From Bacteroidota bacterium (lineage in GTDB: Bacteria > Bacteroidota > Bacteroidia > Bacteroidales > FEN-979), in assembly GCA_026391735.1 (NCBI GenBank), contig JAPLDL010000017.1:11522-75521 (forward strand): DNA of 64,000 nucleotides, in the 5' to 3' direction. Below the pieces are notes generated by a model. It searched no databases, was not told the DNA's origin, and saw nothing but the letters and a program-made list of their open reading frames with translations. Below are positions 46,838-57,371 of the stretch, one piece after another (position 1 is the first letter of the stretch; each line of letters opens with the position of its first letter). Position numbers and translations under genes: made by a program.

Positions 46838-48193
46838 ATGCAGGAAATACTAATAATCGTTCTTGGCCTGATCCTCATTGCAGGATTTGTAATTTTATTT
46901 CTCAGGTTAAAGCCCAGAGTGCTGGATGCATCCGCAAATGATATTGAAATAATACGCAAACAGGCTGAAGCATTGAATTCTGCGAAGATTATGGCTGAGG
47001 AGAGGAGCAGGATGCTGGAGCAGCAGAACACGGCCATCCATCAGCAACTGAAGGAAAAAGAAGCCCTGATCAATGAGCTGAATTCACAACTATCGCGCAA
47101 AACCACCGAGAACGAGGGATTAAACGAGAAGCTGTCGACCTTGAAAAAAGACCTGGAGAGCCTGCAGGAAAATTTCAGGAATGAGTTCAAGAACCTGGCC
47201 AACGACATTCTTGAAGAGAAAACAAAAAAATTCACCGAGCAGAACAGGACCAAACTCGATGAGATACTCAAACCCCTGAGCGAAAAAATCAGGGAGTTTG
47301 AGAAGAAAGTTGAGGATACTTACGACAAAGAATCCAAACAAAGGTTCTCCCTTGAAAAAGAGATAAAAAACCTTGCCGAGCTCAACCAGCAGATCAGCAA
47401 GGAAGCCAGTAATCTGACCCACGCGCTTAAGGGACAAACCAAGACCCAGGGAAACTGGGGTGAGATCATCCTTGAAAGCATTCTTGAAAAATCAGGACTG
47501 GTGCGTGACCGCGAATACTTCGTTCAATCCAGCTATACCAACGAACAGGGAAAACGGCTGCAGCCCGACGTGATCATTGCATATCCCGGGGATCGCAGCC
47601 TGGTCGTGGATTCCAAGGTATCATTGCTGGCATATGAACGGTTTTCTTCGTCCGAGACCAAGGAAGAACAGGATAAAGCGCTGAAGGATCACCTGCTTTC
47701 GGTTAGGACCCATATTGCAGAACTCAGCTCAAAAAACTACCAGGACCTATACCAGCTCAAAGGCCTCGATTTCGTGATCCTGTTTATGCCGGTTGAACCA
47801 GCTTATCTCATTGCCATGCAGGCCGAACCTGATATATGGTCCTATGCCTATGAACGCAGGGTGCTGCTGATTAGTCCTACGAACCTCATCGCTGTTCTGC
47901 GGATGATCTCCAACCTCTGGAGGGTTGAATACCAGAACAAGAACGCCGTTGAGATTGCCAGGCAGAGCGGAGACCTGCTCGATAAATTCGTAGGTTTCCT
48001 TGAGGACCTGGAAGATGTTGGGCGTAAACTGGAGTCAACCAGGCTGAGTTTTGATGCTTCAATGAACAAACTCAAAACGGGTAAGGGAAATCTCATCCGC
48101 CGTGCAGAGAAAATAAAGGAACTGGGGGCGAAACCCAGTAAGGATATACCCAGGAACCTGCTGGACAAATCGGATACTGATGACACAGAATAA
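46838..48193 (+). CDS. rmuC: DNA recombination protein RmuC
   Basis: TM anchor, coiled coil, QGNWGE, QPDVII, VDSKVSL, FMPVEPA, SPTNL. Confidence 0.95.
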   Translation: MQEILIIVLGLILIAGFVILFLRLKPRVLDASANDIEIIRKQAEALNSAKIMAEERSRMLEQQNTAIHQQLKEKEALINELNSQLSRKTTENEGLNEKLSTLKKDLESLQENFRNEFKNLANDILEEKTKKFTEQNRTKLDEILKPLSEKIREFEKKVEDTYDKESKQRFSLEKEIKNLAELNQQISKEASNLTHALKGQTKTQGNWGEIILESILEKSGLVRDREYFVQSSYTNEQGKRLQPDVIIAYPGDRSLVVDSKVSLLAYERFSSSETKEEQDKALKDHLLSVRTHIAELSSKNYQDLYQLKGLDFVILFMPVEPAYLIAMQAEPDIWSYAYERRVLLISPTNLIAVLRMISNLWRVEYQNKNAVEIARQSGDLLDKFVGFLEDLEDVGRKLESTRLSFDASMNKLKTGKGNLIRRAEKIKELGAKPSKDIPRNLLDKSDTDDTE

Positions 48194-48256
48194 ACGATTT
48201 ACGATTTACGAATGAAGGTCGTTTAAATCGTAATTCGTAATTCGTCAATCGTAAAT
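48194..48256. repeat. GATTTAC heptamer palindromic repeat (second copy of the family at 36444)
   Basis: ATTTACGATTTACGAA ... TTCGTCAATCGTAAAT inverted arms, 15/16 match. Confidence 0.8.
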
Positions 48257-48267
48257 ATATAAAAGAC

Positions 48268-49014
48268 ATGCCAAAAGAACAATATATATACGGGATACGG
48301 CCGGCGATTGAAGCGATCAGGGCCGGGAAACAGGTCGACAAACTTCTTATTCAGAACGGGCTCAAGGGACCGGGTTTTCACGAATTGTTCGCCCTGGTAA
48401 AGGAAGTGGAGATCCCCTACCAGTTCGTGCCGGTTGAGAAGCTGAACAGGCAGTCGAAGCAAAACCACCAGGGGGTGATCGCGTATCTTACGGAGATCGT
48501 GTACCAGAGGCTGGAGGATTTGATCCCCTTTATTTTCGAACACGGCCGCACTCCATTGATCCTGATTCTTGACCAGGTGACCGATGTTCGCAATGCCGGG
48601 GCGATTGCCCGTACGGCAGCCTGTTCGGGAACCGATGCGATGGTGATCTCTTCATTTGGTTCGGCCCAGCTCAATTCCGATGCGGTGAAGACTTCGGCAG
48701 GGGCGTTGTATACACTTCCTGTTGTAAGATCGGCCAACCTCAAGGACAGCCTGAAATTCCTGAAGGAAAGCGGGCTTACGATCGTTGCAGCCACCGAGAA
48801 AGCTGAGACAAATTACACCGAAGCAAAGTTTACAGGTCCTGTGGCCATCATAATGGGATCGGAAGACAAAGGCATTTCAGCAGAGTACCTTAAATTTGCC
48901 GATGAGCAGGTGAGCATTCCCATCATGGGCGACATCTCTTCACTTAATGTTTCCGTTGCAGCGGGAGTGCTGTTGTATGAAGTCATCCGTCAACGTAACA
49001 ATTTAGCTGAATGA
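48268..49014 (+). CDS. rlmB: 23S rRNA (Gm2251) methyltransferase RlmB
   Basis: NHQGVIA, DQVTDVRNAGAIAR, KTSAGA, GSEDKG, SLNVSVA (SPOUT). Confidence 0.93.
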   Translation: MPKEQYIYGIRPAIEAIRAGKQVDKLLIQNGLKGPGFHELFALVKEVEIPYQFVPVEKLNRQSKQNHQGVIAYLTEIVYQRLEDLIPFIFEHGRTPLILILDQVTDVRNAGAIARTAACSGTDAMVISSFGSAQLNSDAVKTSAGALYTLPVVRSANLKDSLKFLKESGLTIVAATEKAETNYTEAKFTGPVAIIMGSEDKGISAEYLKFADEQVSIPIMGDISSLNVSVAAGVLLYEVIRQRNNLAE

Positions 49015-50840
49015 AGTATTTATACCGATTTACACCGGAAATCATTTTATTGCTTTACGTCTTTCTTTTTTTCGGTTTCAAAGGCCCCGAAAAGCCCTGG
49101 GACCGTGTCATAAACAGCGACGGCAAGGCATACTACGCTTACCTTCCGGCCATTTTCATCCAACACGACCTCCAGTACAAATTCGTTGAGGATTACGAAT
49201 GGGTGTATTACCCTCACGACAAGGCCGCATTCAAGGAATTCAGGATGAAAGCGGGGAACGGGGTTGTCAACAAAACTTTTCCCGGAATGGCTTTGGTTTG
49301 GACCCCCTTCTTTTTAACCGCCCATTTCGTTGCTTACCTGGAACTGTTCCCTCTCGACGGGTATTCTCCACCCTACCAGTATATGATAGCCCTGGCTTCA
49401 CTGTTCTTTTTGTGGCTGGGTGCCAGAACCCTGATGAGGTTGCTTGTCAAATTCGGTTCATCAGAGAAAAATGCAGCATTTATTGCTGCTGTGATCACCC
49501 TTGGAACGAACCTGATCTATTATACTATCTCCGAAGGTTCGATGACTCATGTGTATTCATTCGCCCTCATCACGAGTTTCCTGCTCACGACCTATAACCT
49601 TACTCACACACAAAAAACAAAATGGTTTGGGATTTCGGCGTTCCTTCTGGCTCTGATCATACTGATACGTCCTACCAATGCCTTGGTGTTGCTGCTTGTT
49701 CCATTCGTAACTGGAAGCCGGCAAAGGCTTGAAGAGACATTAGACCGGCTCAAAGCCAATAAGTCATCCGTCATAAAAGGAGTAATATTGTTTTTACTGC
49801 TGATGTTCATTCCCTTTTTATTATGGAAGCTTCAGTGCGGCAAGTGGATCGTTTACTCATACGGGGATGAGGGTTTTCAATTCCTTAAACCGTATTTCTT
49901 CAGCATTCTCGGGAGCTATAACCGGGGCTGGTTCGTTTATACACCCATTGCTTTTGTTTCAGTATTCGGGTTCATCGGCCTATTCCGCAAAAGCTGGTTC
50001 CATGCTTTGGTATTACTGATTTTCCTGGTCATGTTCACGTATGTGGCCTCAAGCTGGTGGGTATGGTATTACGCCTCCAAATGCGGACAAAGGATCTTCA
50101 TTGATGTTTATGCTGTGGTTGGGTTGCTGCTGGTCTTCCTTTACGGGAACTTCAGATCGGTTATTGTCCGCCGCACAATAACCGTTCTGCTTATAGCACT
50201 TACAGCCCTGAATATTTTCCAGTACAACCAGCATATAAAGTGGATTTTTCCCCCATATAATATCACATCGGAGATATTCTGGGATTCTTTCTTCAGCACC
50301 GAGAAAACAGCCAGGGCTTATATCCCCATAGAGGCTATTATTGCTGAAAGATCATTCACAAACGACCTGGAAAAGGAGCTGCCCTGGATGAATAATAAAA
50401 GCCGCACTAACCTTGTATCATACAGCGGGAGCTGGTCTTCCAAAGCCGATACAGTGTTGCCTTACAGCACGGGGATGGAGGTGAAAGCCGACAGTTTGTT
50501 CACTACGGCCAACCGGCTGATACGAGTTACAGCCATGGTGCTGTCGCCCCGGGAACGCACCGATGCTACCCTGGTTACCGATTTCAGCTCGGCAGGAAAA
50601 GGAATCAGCTACAATCCGTTTTACCTGCAAACCTTTGTCCAGGCCGATAAATGGGTCAGGGTACAGGTTGCATTTTATGTTCCCGGCGGTCTCCCGAAAG
50701 ATGCCGTCGCGAAAGTATATTTTTACAACCCGGCAAAGTATCTTCCTATTTTTATTGATGATATGAAGGTGGATTACATTTCACTGAAAGACGAGGCGGA
50801 GTATAAGAAAATTGAAGGAGTAGTTTTACCGGCACATTAA
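49011..50840 (+). CDS. GT-C fold membrane glycosyltransferase (ArnT/PMT-like) with a C-terminal soluble domain
   Basis: SDGKAYY loop, about 11 TM helices, LIRPTN, GWFVYTP, GQR; beta-sandwich-like C-terminus. Confidence 0.65.
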   Translation: MKYLYRFTPEIILLLYVFLFFGFKGPEKPWDRVINSDGKAYYAYLPAIFIQHDLQYKFVEDYEWVYYPHDKAAFKEFRMKAGNGVVNKTFPGMALVWTPFFLTAHFVAYLELFPLDGYSPPYQYMIALASLFFLWLGARTLMRLLVKFGSSEKNAAFIAAVITLGTNLIYYTISEGSMTHVYSFALITSFLLTTYNLTHTQKTKWFGISAFLLALIILIRPTNALVLLLVPFVTGSRQRLEETLDRLKANKSSVIKGVILFLLLMFIPFLLWKLQCGKWIVYSYGDEGFQFLKPYFFSILGSYNRGWFVYTPIAFVSVFGFIGLFRKSWFHALVLLIFLVMFTYVASSWWVWYYASKCGQRIFIDVYAVVGLLLVFLYGNFRSVIVRRTITVLLIALTALNIFQYNQHIKWIFPPYNITSEIFWDSFFSTEKTARAYIPIEAIIAERSFTNDLEKELPWMNNKSRTNLVSYSGSWSSKADTVLPYSTGMEVKADSLFTTANRLIRVTAMVLSPRERTDATLVTDFSSAGKGISYNPFYLQTFVQADKWVRVQVAFYVPGGLPKDAVAKVYFYNPAKYLPIFIDDMKVDYISLKDEAEYKKIEGVVLPAH

Positions 50841-50851
50841 TTTGGAATTTC

Positions 50852-51541
50852 ATGAATCAGCCATTTTCGGAGCGGACAATAGAACTTGACAAGGTTTCGG
50901 TTTACCACAACGAGAACCTTATACTTGCGAATGTGAGCCTGAGTGTAAGCAAAGGCGAATTCGTTTACCTTATCGGGAAGACTGGCAGCGGAAAGAGCAG
51001 CCTGCTCAAGACCATTTATGCTGAACTTCCCATGCGCAATGGAACTGCAAGGGTTGTTGGTTATGATTTAAGACGCCTCCATTACAATGAAGTTCCTTTT
51101 TTAAGAAGGAAGCTGGGGATTGTGTTCCAGGATTTCCAGTTGCTCACCGACCGCACCGTGAATGAGAACCTCTTGTTTGTAATGCGGGCCACTGGCTGGA
51201 AAGACAAACGCCAGATGCAGAAACGGCTGATGGAAGTTTTAGCCAAATCGAGCCTGGGAAATAAAGGCAGTAAGATGCCTCACCAGCTGAGCGGAGGTGA
51301 ACAACAGAGGGTCGCTATCGCCCGGGCCCTGGTGAACGATCCTGAAATAATCCTGGCCGATGAACCAACAGGCAACCTCGACCCTGAAAGCTCTGAAGGC
51401 ATCATCAGCCTGCTCATGGATATCAGCAGAACCGGGAGGGCTGTCGTTGTAGCCACGCATAATTACGGACTTATTGACAAATACCCTGCCCGCATGCTGA
51501 TGTGCGAAAATGGGAAAGTGATCCCAACCAGTCTTCCGTAA
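50852..51541 (+). CDS. ftsE: cell division ATP-binding protein FtsE-like ABC ATPase
   Basis: [41 protein letters not shown]. Confidence 0.85.
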   Translation: MNQPFSERTIELDKVSVYHNENLILANVSLSVSKGEFVYLIGKTGSGKSSLLKTIYAELPMRNGTARVVGYDLRRLHYNEVPFLRRKLGIVFQDFQLLTDRTVNENLLFVMRATGWKDKRQMQKRLMEVLAKSSLGNKGSKMPHQLSGGEQQRVAIARALVNDPEIILADEPTGNLDPESSEGIISLLMDISRTGRAVVVATHNYGLIDKYPARMLMCENGKVIPTSLP

Positions 51542-51561
51542 ATCGGAAGCCAGGGGAAGGG

Positions 51562-51576
51562 AGCCAGGAGCTGGCT
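51562..51576. terminator. small hairpin between convergent ftsE and the peroxidase gene
   Basis: AGCCAG-GAG-CTGGCT. Confidence 0.3.
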
Positions 51577-51596
51577 GAATGGTTACTAGTCATCTT

Positions 51597-52640
51597 CTAG
51601 AGAGCCGCCGGCACCTGTTTCGCATCTGCCGGTATCTCACCGCTCAGAGCTTTCATAAAAGCAGTCAAATCAGCAACCTGGGCCGGAGTAAGGTCTTTAT
51701 TTAGCTGGGCTTTACCCATGATCTGAATGGTTTTTCCCAGGTCATTTACACTTCCATCATGGAAATACGGGGCGGTTTCAGCAATATTCCTCAGCGAAGG
51801 CACTTTAAAGATATACCGGTCTCCTTCGTTTTTCGTGAACTGCATCCGGCCGGGGTCATCTGTGGCACTGCCGGTATAATCTTTATGTTTGCCTAACATG
51901 GGATATTTCTGGAACATAGTGCCTCCCAGCAAAGGTCCGTGGTGACATGCTGTACAGCTGTAATCCATAAAAGTTTTCAATCCTCTAAGTTCCGCAGTAT
52001 CGAGGGCAGTTTTATCGCCTGCAAGGAATTTATCAAATTTCCCGGGAGTGATGAGGGTCCGTTCAAAAGCTGCGATCGCCTTTCGTATATTCTCAAACGT
52101 CACGGGATTCTTCTCGCCGGGGAATGCTGCAGCAAATAACTTTTTATATCCCTCTGTCGTTACAAGCCTTGCAACTACCTCCTTCTCATTTGGCATGCTC
52201 ATTTCGGCCGGATTCATTACAGGTCCACCCGCTTGCTCTTCCACGTCCTTCATCCGCCCATCCCAAAACTGAACAAAATGCAGGGCGGCATTCAGGGTCG
52301 TGGGGGAATTCCTTGTCCCGTTCTTCCCGTTGTCGCCCGGGCTGGTCGGTTTGTTGTCAACCCCTGCAGTAGCCAGGTTATGGCAGGTATTGCAACTCTC
52401 GGTATTATGCATCGAAAGCCTGTTATCATAATAAAGTTGTTTCCCAAGAGCAACCTTTTCGGGAGTTATAGTGTTGGCGGGATTCACAGCCTGTCCAGGA
52501 AGCGGCTGAAAGATATTCTTGGCCGTCATCAGTAAAGAATCAGCATCAGGTACTGAAGATTCCTGTTTCTTTTGCGTTCCCAGGCATGACATAAGCAGTC
52601 CCGGAAGCACAAAACTCAGATAAATAAAATGTCTTTTCAT
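51597..52640 (-). CDS. di-heme cytochrome c peroxidase, lipoprotein
   Basis: Lipobox LMSC; two CxxCH (CNTCH, CTACH); QFWDGR, FKVPSLRN, PYFHDG. Confidence 0.93.
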   Translation of the reverse strand: MKRHFIYLSFVLPGLLMSCLGTQKKQESSVPDADSLLMTAKNIFQPLPGQAVNPANTITPEKVALGKQLYYDNRLSMHNTESCNTCHNLATAGVDNKPTSPGDNGKNGTRNSPTTLNAALHFVQFWDGRMKDVEEQAGGPVMNPAEMSMPNEKEVVARLVTTEGYKKLFAAAFPGEKNPVTFENIRKAIAAFERTLITPGKFDKFLAGDKTALDTAELRGLKTFMDYSCTACHHGPLLGGTMFQKYPMLGKHKDYTGSATDDPGRMQFTKNEGDRYIFKVPSLRNIAETAPYFHDGSVNDLGKTIQIMGKAQLNKDLTPAQVADLTAFMKALSGEIPADAKQVPAAL

Positions 52641-52830
52641 GGCTGTTTGATTTTTGATAAGCTAAAATAAGGATTTTTTTGACTGCGGATAAGGGATTAC
52701 CACACTCAGCTTACCGGGGGAGGAACCGGCAGCATGGATTAACCATCAGTAAAAATAGAAAAAATACAATTGTTATTTGCGTCAGTCACCACAGGGAACT
52801 TTGTAACTTTACAAACAAAAACAAAAACTC

Positions 52831-53289
52831 ATGAATGCCGCTCATTTCCATTTGATGTTCAACCATTTATCAATCGTTGGGCTCGGTTTTGCCATCCTAT
52901 TCAATCTTGTTGCCATTATTAGGAAAAATGAAGAGCTGATCAGGCTTTCCTGTTGGTTTTACATTCTGATCGGGCTGTTATCTGTTTTAGCGATTTTCAC
53001 AGGTGATGGAGCCGGTGAGATCGTTAAAACCTATCCGGGAGTCAGCAACGATGCAATTGAATACCATGAAACATGGGGTTACATTTTCTTTTACGGGCTT
53101 ATTGCAGTTGGCGCAGGTTCACTGGCAGCTTTATGGTTTTCCAGGAAAAATGGCATTCTGCTGAAAAAAATCAACATTGCAGCCTTGATCCTTTCAATAG
53201 TACTCCTGGTTTTTGCATACCAGGTTGGTACAACAGGAGGCAAGATCAGGCATCCCGAGATTGAACAGGGAGACTTGAAGAAAAACTGA
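52831..53289 (+). CDS. DUF2231-like His-containing membrane protein
   Basis: HFHLMFNH, TGDGA, EYHE, GGKIRHPEI; 4 TM helices. Confidence 0.7.
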   Translation: MNAAHFHLMFNHLSIVGLGFAILFNLVAIIRKNEELIRLSCWFYILIGLLSVLAIFTGDGAGEIVKTYPGVSNDAIEYHETWGYIFFYGLIAVGAGSLAALWFSRKNGILLKKINIAALILSIVLLVFAYQVGTTGGKIRHPEIEQGDLKKN

Positions 53290-53448
53290 TCCTTGCTGTC
53301 TGAAGACAGGAGCCATTAAAAATCTTTAAACTATGAATTTGCATCCGCATTAACAATGTATTATCTTTACATTTAAAATATATGAAGGCAAGCTGTTTTC
53401 ACCTGCCATTCAAACCCTTTTCATAATGATATAAATCCAGATCCACTT

Positions 53449-54888
53449 ATGAAACTGAGCAGAAGAGCAATGTTAAAACTTTCAGGGGCCTCCCTTGGAA
53501 GTCTTGCGCTGGGCCCCTCTATCAATGCACTGGGGAACAGCCCGCCCGAAACAAAAAGTTCAGATCCCTCCCAAACCAATTCCTATTTCAATGCCTTGCC
53601 GACGTTCACTCCTCCTGAAGCCCTGGCTCCTGACGAGATGCGGATCACCATTCTCGGGTCATCATGTATACCCCGTCTTTCGCAGGAATGCACCAGCGTT
53701 TATGTAGAAGTTGGTACTGGGGACCAGTTCGTTTTTGACTGCGGTACCGGCGTGGCTGCAAAATACAATGCTATGGGGATACCCATGAGCAAGATGGACA
53801 AGATATTCTTTACCCATCTGCATGCCGATCACACCAGTGACCTGACTCACATTTATGGTTTCGGACCAGCCGAAGACCGTAAATCGCCTTTGTTCATTTT
53901 CGGCCCAATGGATTCAGGCTGGACCTATTATGATCCCAATGGGAATCAGAGAGGGCCCTATAATGACGGGACAAGGGCGTTTTGCGAAAATTTCAGGGAG
54001 ATGAACCGCTGGCATACCGAAAGTTTCAGCTTCGGGGTGACCAGCCTCCCGGGATATCAGCTCCCCAAGCAGGAAGAATGGGGCTTGCCGGCTCCCCTCT
54101 CCAAAGTCTCGGACGACAATTTCGATGATGGGTTCTGCATTTATCCCATTGAACTCAACTGGAATAATTTCGGTAAGGTCCCGGGGGATAACGTAGCGTA
54201 TGACAATCCCACTACCCAAGTAAGGATCACTCATTTCCCGGCCATCCATACCAGGAGGGGATCGATTAGTTACAGGCTGGACTGGAAGGGATTGTCGATG
54301 ATATTCAGCGGTGATTCCAAACCCAACCAGGAAATGCTTTCCCATGCCAAGGGAATAGACGTGCTGATCCATGAAATGGTGATGCCTGCCGCGGTTTGGG
54401 CTCAAAAGAATTCAGGGCTGAAACCCGGGGATTCGGGTTACGAGCAGGCCTATGATTATGCACTGGAAGTGCAGAACAGCTCCCATACACCACAGGGTGC
54501 TTTCGGCTATATCATGAGCCAGATCACGCCCCCACCCAGGCTTACAGTTGCAACCCATTTCCAGGCCGAAGACGATACCATCACATCGGCCATCAGGAGT
54601 GTGAGGAACCATGCACCTGTGGGTGAACTTGCTTTTGCTTCAGATTTCATGGTGATCAATGTCTCGGCATCCCGGATTCTCCAGAGGCGTGCCCTGGTTT
54701 CACCCTATGCCTTTTATCCACCAAGTCCTCCTCCCGATAGCGTGAACACTCCGCTTTACTGGAAATGGCAGGATGAGGCCCATACCATTCCAGAGGGTGA
54801 TCCTACAGTTCAGATCATCATGACTGATGAGATCCCTAACATAGATCCTGATACAGGTTTAGTTAATTACAGCATAGACGGGTACTGA
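53449..54888 (+). CDS. Tat-exported RNase Z/AtsA-like MBL-fold hydrolase (GntH-like family)
   Basis: SRRAMLK Tat motif; FDCGTG, THLHADH, FSGD, LIHE, SSHT, ATHF. Confidence 0.8.
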   Translation: MKLSRRAMLKLSGASLGSLALGPSINALGNSPPETKSSDPSQTNSYFNALPTFTPPEALAPDEMRITILGSSCIPRLSQECTSVYVEVGTGDQFVFDCGTGVAAKYNAMGIPMSKMDKIFFTHLHADHTSDLTHIYGFGPAEDRKSPLFIFGPMDSGWTYYDPNGNQRGPYNDGTRAFCENFREMNRWHTESFSFGVTSLPGYQLPKQEEWGLPAPLSKVSDDNFDDGFCIYPIELNWNNFGKVPGDNVAYDNPTTQVRITHFPAIHTRRGSISYRLDWKGLSMIFSGDSKPNQEMLSHAKGIDVLIHEMVMPAAVWAQKNSGLKPGDSGYEQAYDYALEVQNSSHTPQGAFGYIMSQITPPPRLTVATHFQAEDDTITSAIRSVRNHAPVGELAFASDFMVINVSASRILQRRALVSPYAFYPPSPPPDSVNTPLYWKWQDEAHTIPEGDPTVQIIMTDEIPNIDPDTGLVNYSIDGY

Positions 54889-56198
54889 TGAAAACACAAA
54901 TTATTCTCTCGGTATTTTTGTTGAGCGCTTTGTTCCTTGACGGGCAAACCCTCTACATGACATTCACGGCATCAGGTGCAGCCAATGCCGTGGACAGTGT
55001 GAAAGCCACCAATCTCAGGACCAATGAGAATGTTACCCTGCCGGGCAGCGACACCCTGGAACTTAACGTGAATGATGGTATTTCAGACCCGGGCAAGACG
55101 AATCAGAACGGAAGTATCTTCCCCAACCCGTTTTCGGGCAGAACAAGCTTTGTCACAAGTTTGCCCGAAGCCCAGAATGTAACTGTGGATGTATATAACC
55201 TCGCCGGACAAAAAGTAGCACAAACAAGTGCCTGGGTCCGGGCCGGTTCTGCCCGTTTCGAACTCTTCCTTTCAAAAACAGGGGTGTATATGGTTAACCT
55301 TACGACCAGCCAGGGCAGATCGGGATTCAAGGCTGTATGCACCGAAACCTCAGCCGGGGCTGACCGGGTCATATACCTTGGGGCCGGCACTGCATCCGCA
55401 AACACGGCTTTAAAGGGGATTAAAACCTACAACCTTGGGTATAAGATCGGGGACGTACTTCTGTACAGGTGCAGGGGCGGTAATTATATCACCATCATTA
55501 CCGATTCGCCCGCTGCTTCAAAGAAATATATTGTCGAATTTGTTCTTTGCAGGGACAGTGACGGAAAGAATTATGCAGTTGTTAAAATAGGCAACCAGAC
55601 CTGGATGGCCGAAAATCTTGCCTGGCTGCCATCGGTGATGCCCTCCTCGAAGGGATCCGATTCTTTAAAGTTTTATTATGTTTACGGGTATGAAGACAGC
55701 ATTGTTGCTGCTTCTAAAAACACCGAAAACTACAAGCTTTACGGGGTCCTATATAATTGGCCGGCTGCAATGAATGCACCTGGCAATAAACTACAATCAG
55801 GGAACAGTACACAGGATGTTTGTCCTTCGGGATGGCATCTGCCGTATGACGAGGACTGGAAACTTCTTGAGACCACACTTGGGATGGATCAGCATGAAGC
55901 AGACTCGGTTTTTTTAAGAAACTCAGGAGAAGTTGGGAAAAAGCTGAAGTCCACCCTTGGCTGGACCAACGACACGAATTGCAGCAACTCCAGCGGTTTC
56001 ACGGTCTTACCAGGAGGATACAGAAATACCCACGGCAGTTTTCAAAGCCTTCTCAGGAATGCCCTGTACTGGACAGCCACCCAAGTAGACACTCTTGCCA
56101 TATACCGCAGCATTAACGATGAGGACCAGGGTGTATACAGGTTCACGACCTTTAAAAGCCACGGCCTTTCGGTGCGTTGCATTAAAGATATGTACTGA
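54888..56198 (+). CDS. FISUMP (Fib_succ_major) domain protein with an internal T9SS-CTD-like domain
   Basis: IGNQTWMAENL, YGVLYNW, CPSGWHLP, SGFTVLPGGYR, GLSVRCIKD; internal IFPNPF..YNLAGQ..GVY. Confidence 0.85.
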   Translation: MKTQIILSVFLLSALFLDGQTLYMTFTASGAANAVDSVKATNLRTNENVTLPGSDTLELNVNDGISDPGKTNQNGSIFPNPFSGRTSFVTSLPEAQNVTVDVYNLAGQKVAQTSAWVRAGSARFELFLSKTGVYMVNLTTSQGRSGFKAVCTETSAGADRVIYLGAGTASANTALKGIKTYNLGYKIGDVLLYRCRGGNYITIITDSPAASKKYIVEFVLCRDSDGKNYAVVKIGNQTWMAENLAWLPSVMPSSKGSDSLKFYYVYGYEDSIVAASKNTENYKLYGVLYNWPAAMNAPGNKLQSGNSTQDVCPSGWHLPYDEDWKLLETTLGMDQHEADSVFLRNSGEVGKKLKSTLGWTNDTNCSNSSGFTVLPGGYRNTHGSFQSLLRNALYWTATQVDTLAIYRSINDEDQGVYRFTTFKSHGLSVRCIKDMY

Positions 56199-56281
56199 GA
56201 GGGGTCAAAATTTAGTTCAGCAATAAAGAATGAGTCCTCACCTTTATCAGGTGGCTCACGCCCATTACGCCATCACAATCA

Positions 56282-57283
56282 TCACGCTCCCAGCGTCGAT
56301 ACCATAACCGCTTTGATCGTATGCAGGCGGTTTTCGGCTTCATCAAACACGATGGAAGCCTCTGATTCAAATACATCCTCGGTAACTTCCAGTCCGTCGA
56401 GTTTATACTTTTTGTAAATATCCAGGCCAACTTCAGTGTCCTTGTTATGGAAAGCCGGCAGGCAATGCATGAACTTAACTTTGGGGTTGCCCGTAGCCTT
56501 CATCAGTTTTGCATTTACCTGGTAAGGCAGCATCAGCTTTATACGTTCGTCCCATGCCTCCTTGGATTCACCCATGGAAACCCATACATCGGTATATACA
56601 AAATCAACGCTTTTCACTGCTTCATTCAGCTTTTCGGTAAGCGTGATCTTGGCGCCTGTTGACTTGGCAATCTCTTTGCAGATCTTCACCAGGCTTTCTT
56701 CGGGCCAGAACTTTTTAGGTGCGAAGGCCCTGAAATCCATCCCCATTTTCGCAGCGCCCACCATGAGCGAGTTCCCCATGTTATTGCGCGCATCTCCGCA
56801 ATACACAAAAGCCACCTGGTTCAGGGGTTTGTCGCTATGCTCCATCATCGTCATAAAATCGGCCAGGATCTGGGTCGGGTGGAATTCGTTGGTGAGCCCG
56901 TTCCAAACCGGGACTCCTGCATATTCAGCAAGTTCCTCCACGATCTTCTGCCCGAAACCGCGGTATTCGATCCCGTCGTACATGCGTCCGAGAACGCGGG
57001 CAGTGTCTTTCATAGTTTCCTTCTTCCCGATATGTGAACCCTCCGGGCCGAGGTAAGTGACGCGGGCTCCCTGGTCGAATGCGGCGGTTTCGAATGCACA
57101 GCGTGTGCGGGTTGAAGCCTTTTCAAAGATCAGGGCGATGTTCTTCCCCTTCAGCGTCTGGACTTCGGTACCAGTATATTTTGCCTTCTTAAGGTCGATC
57201 GCCAGGTTCAGCAAAAAGCGAAGTTCCTGGGGAGTAAAATCCAACTCCTTTAAAAAATTTCTGTTTCTCAGATTGAATGACAT
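56282..57283 (-). CDS. argF: ornithine carbamoyltransferase
   Basis: [33 protein letters not shown]; TATCTTTG box at 57331-57338. Confidence 0.95.
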   Translation of the reverse strand: MSFNLRNRNFLKELDFTPQELRFLLNLAIDLKKAKYTGTEVQTLKGKNIALIFEKASTRTRCAFETAAFDQGARVTYLGPEGSHIGKKETMKDTARVLGRMYDGIEYRGFGQKIVEELAEYAGVPVWNGLTNEFHPTQILADFMTMMEHSDKPLNQVAFVYCGDARNNMGNSLMVGAAKMGMDFRAFAPKKFWPEESLVKICKEIAKSTGAKITLTEKLNEAVKSVDFVYTDVWVSMGESKEAWDERIKLMLPYQVNAKLMKATGNPKVKFMHCLPAFHNKDTEVGLDIYKKYKLDGLEVTEDVFESEASIVFDEAENRLHTIKAVMVSTLGA

Positions 57284-57371
57284 AATGTTGTGTGTTTATA
57301 ATATGTTTATTTACTGCGGATGACGGGCTGCAAAGATAGAAATTTACGATTTACTTTTTATGAAGTACGGC

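Noticed and set aside
53449-54888. Guanitoxin or other toxin biosynthesis cluster, suggested by GntH-like similarity
   Set aside because: No other gnt-like or secondary-metabolite genes are nearby; the family is a broad group of MBL hydrolases.
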